Assembly (NCBI RefSeq): GCF_041146345.1
Contig: NW_027191410.1
Coordinates: 1,178,001-1,242,000, forward strand
From: Neodothiora populina
Lineage: Eukaryota
Length of the DNA stretch: 64,000 bases
Direction of reading: 5' to 3'
Part shown: piece after piece, positions 59,569 to 64,000 of the stretch
Layout: each line of letters opens with the position of its first letter
Numbering within the stretch: position 1 is the stretch's first letter
Position numbers and translations under genes: made by a program
Notes under the pieces: model-generated
Database searches by the model: none
What the model was told of the DNA's origin: nothing
Seen by the model: the letters and a program-made list of their open reading frames with translations, nothing else

Positions 59569-60319
59569 TCGCGAGAGTATCGACTGAGAAGACGTCGAGT
59601 AGCTCCACGCCGGTTTATTGCTGCTTCGTTGGGCGCTGGACTGCGTGTGTGTTGCTGTCTGTGTGCAGGTTGTGATTGGACTGTTTGAGTTACGGAGTAT
59701 GTAAGCACTAGGTAGGCATTATTGCGCATGCTTTTGTATATACTACAAGAGCGGCGCTTTCTTTCGAAGGCCATGATAAGACCTCTGCAATCTCTCGGGC
59801 ATATCACGTACCGTGTCGTAATACGTTCTGCACTAATTCTCTTCGATAGACCTGAACATGCTTGTCGAGCGACTCGACATGTTGGTGGGTACGCATACAT
59901 TTCGGTTTAAGTCTGGAGCACAAACTCCGAACACGACGTGTATCAATCAAGACGAAACAACAAAGTCTCAACGAAGTCAAAGCTGAAGGCGAGATAGCAA
60001 GACCAGAGGAGCAAAACAAATATATGGATGGGCACATTTGCATGCAGGAGTAGAATTAGTCATTGGCGGATCGTCGAAGCAGCCGCATTTGCTTTCTAAG
60101 AGGTGTTTGTTGTCCGATAGACGGGCTTACACTCGGCTAACCGGATGGGGTACGATCTCCGGACCCTCACGTCTTCCTTCGAATAGTCCACACCCATCAC
60201 CATGTGTGATAGGCGCAGTGCTTTCTGCACCGGGTGATATATGGACATGCCCCTCACTGCTGTCGGATTCCCCAGTTTGTTGGACGTGACCAGATGCAAA
60301 CAACCCAAAAGAACAGAAG

Positions 60320-62052
60320 ATGGTTACTATGAAGATCGTACCGTCTTATATATACACATTAGTTATACTATCAGCAGGTGGCATACTTAAAGGTAACAAC
60401 CTCGAACACCTTCAACATATGCAAAATCATCGGGCAGCGCTAAAGATCAGATCAAGGGTACGACGAGGGAGGATACAGCGCCAGTGTGACTCTGCCCTCG
60501 TTCAAAAATGACTTCAACCTCGGAAAGTCGCACTGGGTGCATAACGCGACAGGGCTTGCGAATCGAACAGCCAATATAACCTCTTTTGGTTTTAGGTGCT
60601 GCTCTCGGATCGCTTATTGCGTTCTTCTTTAGTGATAAGTTTGGAAGGCTGTGGTCATATCGGCTTGCGATCCTCGTGTGGGCTAGCGGTATCCTGGTAC
60701 AGGTCTTCTCCTCCGGATTGTACGGACTGCTTCTCGTTGCGAGGATCTGGGGAGGGCTGGGGGCAGGAGCGTTGACTGTCATCTCTCCACTAATGCTGTC
60801 GGAGGTCGCTACAGCGAAGCGAAGAGGATTGGCAGTCAGTATGTACATGGTTGTTTTGCTGGCGATTCTTGCTATAGGTTGGTCGTATCTTCCCTACTAT
60901 TGCCAGGTCGCTTTTTCCACACGCAGGGTTTTTACCAATTACGGTGCGAATTTGCACATGGCTCCAACGCGCAAGCAATATAGGCTGGTACAGGCTATAC
61001 CACTCATTCCGGTCGGCCTGGTATTTTGTGGTTCCTTCCTGCTAAGGGAGAGCCCGCGTTGGCTAGCGAGTCGTGGTAGGTACGAGGAGGCCTTGGACTC
61101 TCTCAGTCGACTACGTGGAATGCGCGCAGATCATCCGGCATTATTGGCAGAATGTCACAGTGTCGAAATCGATGCTCGTATGATTGCAGATTCAAAGGAC
61201 CGGTCCTCTTTCCGTAGCTCTGCAGCGGAAATCATTAATATGCCGGACTTGAGAAGACGATTTTTTCTTGCAATCGCCATGCAGACCGTCGCGTATGCCC
61301 TCCCAAACCATACATGATCGAGACCAGAAGCTAATGCTTTTTCAGGCAATGGACCGGCGGCAACGGGATAACGTACTACATTTCGCAAATTTTCCAGTAC
61401 GCCGGCGTTACCGGATCGTCCACTTCGCTGATCACCTCTGGCGCATATGGGTTGGTCAAGTTGGCCTTTACCATGCTCTTCGCGTGGGGCCTCATTGACA
61501 GGCTCGGACGAAGACTGTTTCATAGTCGGTCTCTCTTTGCAATGCGTGTCTCACATCTACATGGCGGTCTATTTCGGAGCCATATCCAAAGACAACCAGA
61601 ATGCCTCGAATGCTGCCATTGCTTCTGTGTTCGTCTATGCAGTCGGCTGGTCGATCGGACTATGCACAATTCCGTACATATACGGCACAGAGCTGTTCCC
61701 TACAAGAGTTCGCAGTTTCGCGTACGCGGTCAACATGGCTGTGCACTGGTTCTTCCAGTTCGCCGTCGTGAGAGTCACTCCTGTGATGCTTACATCTCTG
61801 GACAAATGGGGCGCTTATCTGTTCTGGGCACTGGTCTGTGCAATCGGATTACTTGTTCTGTCGCTTTGGGTTCCTGAAACGAAGGGAGTGTCCATGGAAC
61901 GCATGCCAGAGCTCTTTGATCGACCCTGGTGGCAATGCGGCAGTGCCAAGTTGGCATCAGTTGAGCATGGTGAGCCAGTTCCAGTTGGGAAATCTGGCCA
62001 GTCCCTTATCACAGAGACTGGCCAAGTGGATACGTCTCGAAAACTACCATGA
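60320..62052 (+). pseudogene. Sugar porter / quinate-permease-like MFS transporter with about 3 frameshifts
   Basis: GYDEGG, SDKFGR, ESPRWL, QWTGGNGITYY, IDRLGRR, ELFPTRVR, PETKG; frame breaks near 60587, ~60930 and 61515. Confidence 0.7.
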
Positions 62053-62288
62053 AAGCTCTGCTGAGATATGACCATAATGCACCAAGATTTCACCTCCGAT
62101 TCGTCTCGTTATTCAAATTAGCCGCTTTTCTGCTGAACACAGCTTTGTCGTGATTAGAGCAATATATGCAACGCTATGCTGGTTGATGCACTTGGTCGAT
62201 TATTTTCTTCGGCGTAGTAATCGCGGGTGTCAACCACCAAACCGGTTGGACAAGTCGTTGCAACGGTATCGCACTCTTCGTGCCAAAC

Positions 62289-63789
62289 CTATACCGTCTT
62301 CGCATTGACCGTGTATTTCGACCAATTCTCTTCGGTGTCAGCTTGCTTCCATACATCCACGCCTCCAGCTACGCCTTGTGCGTCCACAGACCAGTAGCCG
62401 CTCTCGACATTCTTGAGCCAATTCTCGAGAATTGCAAACAGTTTTGGGCCGTGACGCATGATTTGTGGATTTATGCCGTGACCGTAGAGATCCACGTTGC
62501 TTCGCAAGATGCGATGTCCATCACTAGTTCTGGCGCATTTGTTTGCACCTAGGGGGAATGGCAGAACCAAACGACAAGCGTCTTGGAAGGGGTTTTCCTT
62601 GTTGGGATATGCATCCAAGTACAATCCGCAAGGGACTTTCTCGACGGTCGAGAACGGATATCTGAACTTCGCTTCCTTGGAAGTGACGTATCCCTCGCAA
62701 CGAAAGAATAGAATTGGCATAGTGACGGCCTCTGTTTCTTTTGGGAATTGCTGAGCGATGTTCTTGAAAGGTTGGTTGATGAATTCGCTTGTCGTTGGCA
62801 ACCTTACGCCAGGGGCTACGAACCAGATGCCAGGTTGGCGTGCATATGACAGAAGATCGTAGGCAAACCCTCTGGCGATCGATGCTGCGTTCAATGCTGA
62901 GCGTCCACATAGGGGCGTGATGTTGTGATCGTCCTCATCCTCGGGTGCGATCCCAGCACGCTTCTCAATTGCACTGAACAGCTTTTGCCATATACTTAGG
63001 CAATTTGTAAGATCGCCATGAGTATATGGCACTAACGCCCAGGGGTCAGTGTTATACTTAGATCTACGGACTCCGCTATACGGGTCCATCTCGAGAGATT
63101 TGCCCACACTCTGGTGCAGAGCTACAGCTTTGCCGGATTCAATCATGTCAATGTAAGTACTTAGTATTGACTCTAGACGTTGCCACGGCAAAGCAGGGTC
63201 GTTCAGATTGAATATGTGATGAAGTGTGGGCATGAATATAGCCTTATGCGTAGCTTGGTCATATCTTAGAATCATCAGCTTGCGTGACGTGAAGAAAAGT
63301 CCTGTAACCCATGTGGGCTATCGGAGTGATGTACTGAAGAGTCTGATGGAATGATACCACTTACATTATTCCGTTCGGTTTCGTGACCAGGTCTTTCGAC
63401 GTCAAGTAGAGGGTAATGAATCTGTTTCTTTCCTGAGGCTTGTGCTCATGTTCTTCATCCGCGAGCAAGTCGCCAAAGCCAGCCATTTGCTTGGGTCCAG
63501 CAAGACCAGAGACATAGTAGAAGAAATTGCACTTTGGTAGATCGAACACTTTCTTGAGAAAGCGTACGAGTGAAGGCCGTAGGTAACGTTCTAGTACCGG
63601 GCTACCATGTTTGGTCCACCAGGGCCGTCGGTCCATGTCGACAATTTGTCTTCCGCTCCGAACCCATCCATAGATCGAGATGGAATTGTGGAGAGTCGCG
63701 CATCGCTCCCAATCCATCTCAGCCCCATTGCGCGGTGGATTTGCGTCCGTCACGCGGTGTTTCGCAATTGACAGAAACGGGCTCGTCAT
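62289..63789 (-). CDS. Conserved-looking fungal hypothetical protein
   Basis: Exons 63789-63365 and 63264-62289 join in frame; DWERCATLHN, WQRLESIL..YIDMIESGK, WSVDAQGVAGG..WKQADT. Confidence 0.8.
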
Positions 63790-64000
63790 GATGGAAAATA
63801 ATTGGTGACCGAACGAGAATCAACACAAGTATGATTGAGGGAGTATTGAACTGCTTGTTAAACTCTTTTTCAGAAGGCGAACCCCCCAAAAAAACCGTTT
63901 GCCGATGATTCTCGGGCGCTAAATGAAAATCAGTAGGCTAAGCTTGATGACGTAGCGTTGTATATGGAGACCTAGGCTGTCGACCAAGAAAGCGGTTAAT

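Overview
Gene-dense genomic DNA of a filamentous ascomycete. It has GT-AG introns with CTRAC branch points and dispersed 5S genes, and looks Dothideomycete-like by eye (not verifiable here). About 20 protein-coding genes are supported: an ABHD13/BEM46-like hydrolase, SNG1-like membrane protein, SLN1 histidine kinase (one frameshift), a PEP-mutase/DMML-like lyase, complex I ASHI subunit, SWR1, Nup2-like nucleoporin, Clr2, HPM1, two SDRs, L-arabinitol dehydrogenase, DUF4202, two MFS transporters, a TLP1-type thiolase-like protein, a crotonase and a LigI-like amidohydrolase. Two features stand out. (1) The Nup2-like gene has a 2088-nt intron with textbook splice signals that is also a 696-codon in-frame ORF broken by one TAG, pointing to a hidden isoform made by intron retention plus UAG recoding, or by an internal start. 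(2) Two outward-facing, near-identical 5S rRNA genes bracket a 7-kb island of scrambled gene fragments (NLR halves on opposite strands, a glutamine-synthetase-like piece, an AsaB-like gene). A divergent pair of PTS1-bearing enzymes sits in a putative catabolic cluster at 50.8-62 kb. All family calls come from motif recognition, not database searches. Several single-base indels could be assembly errors.
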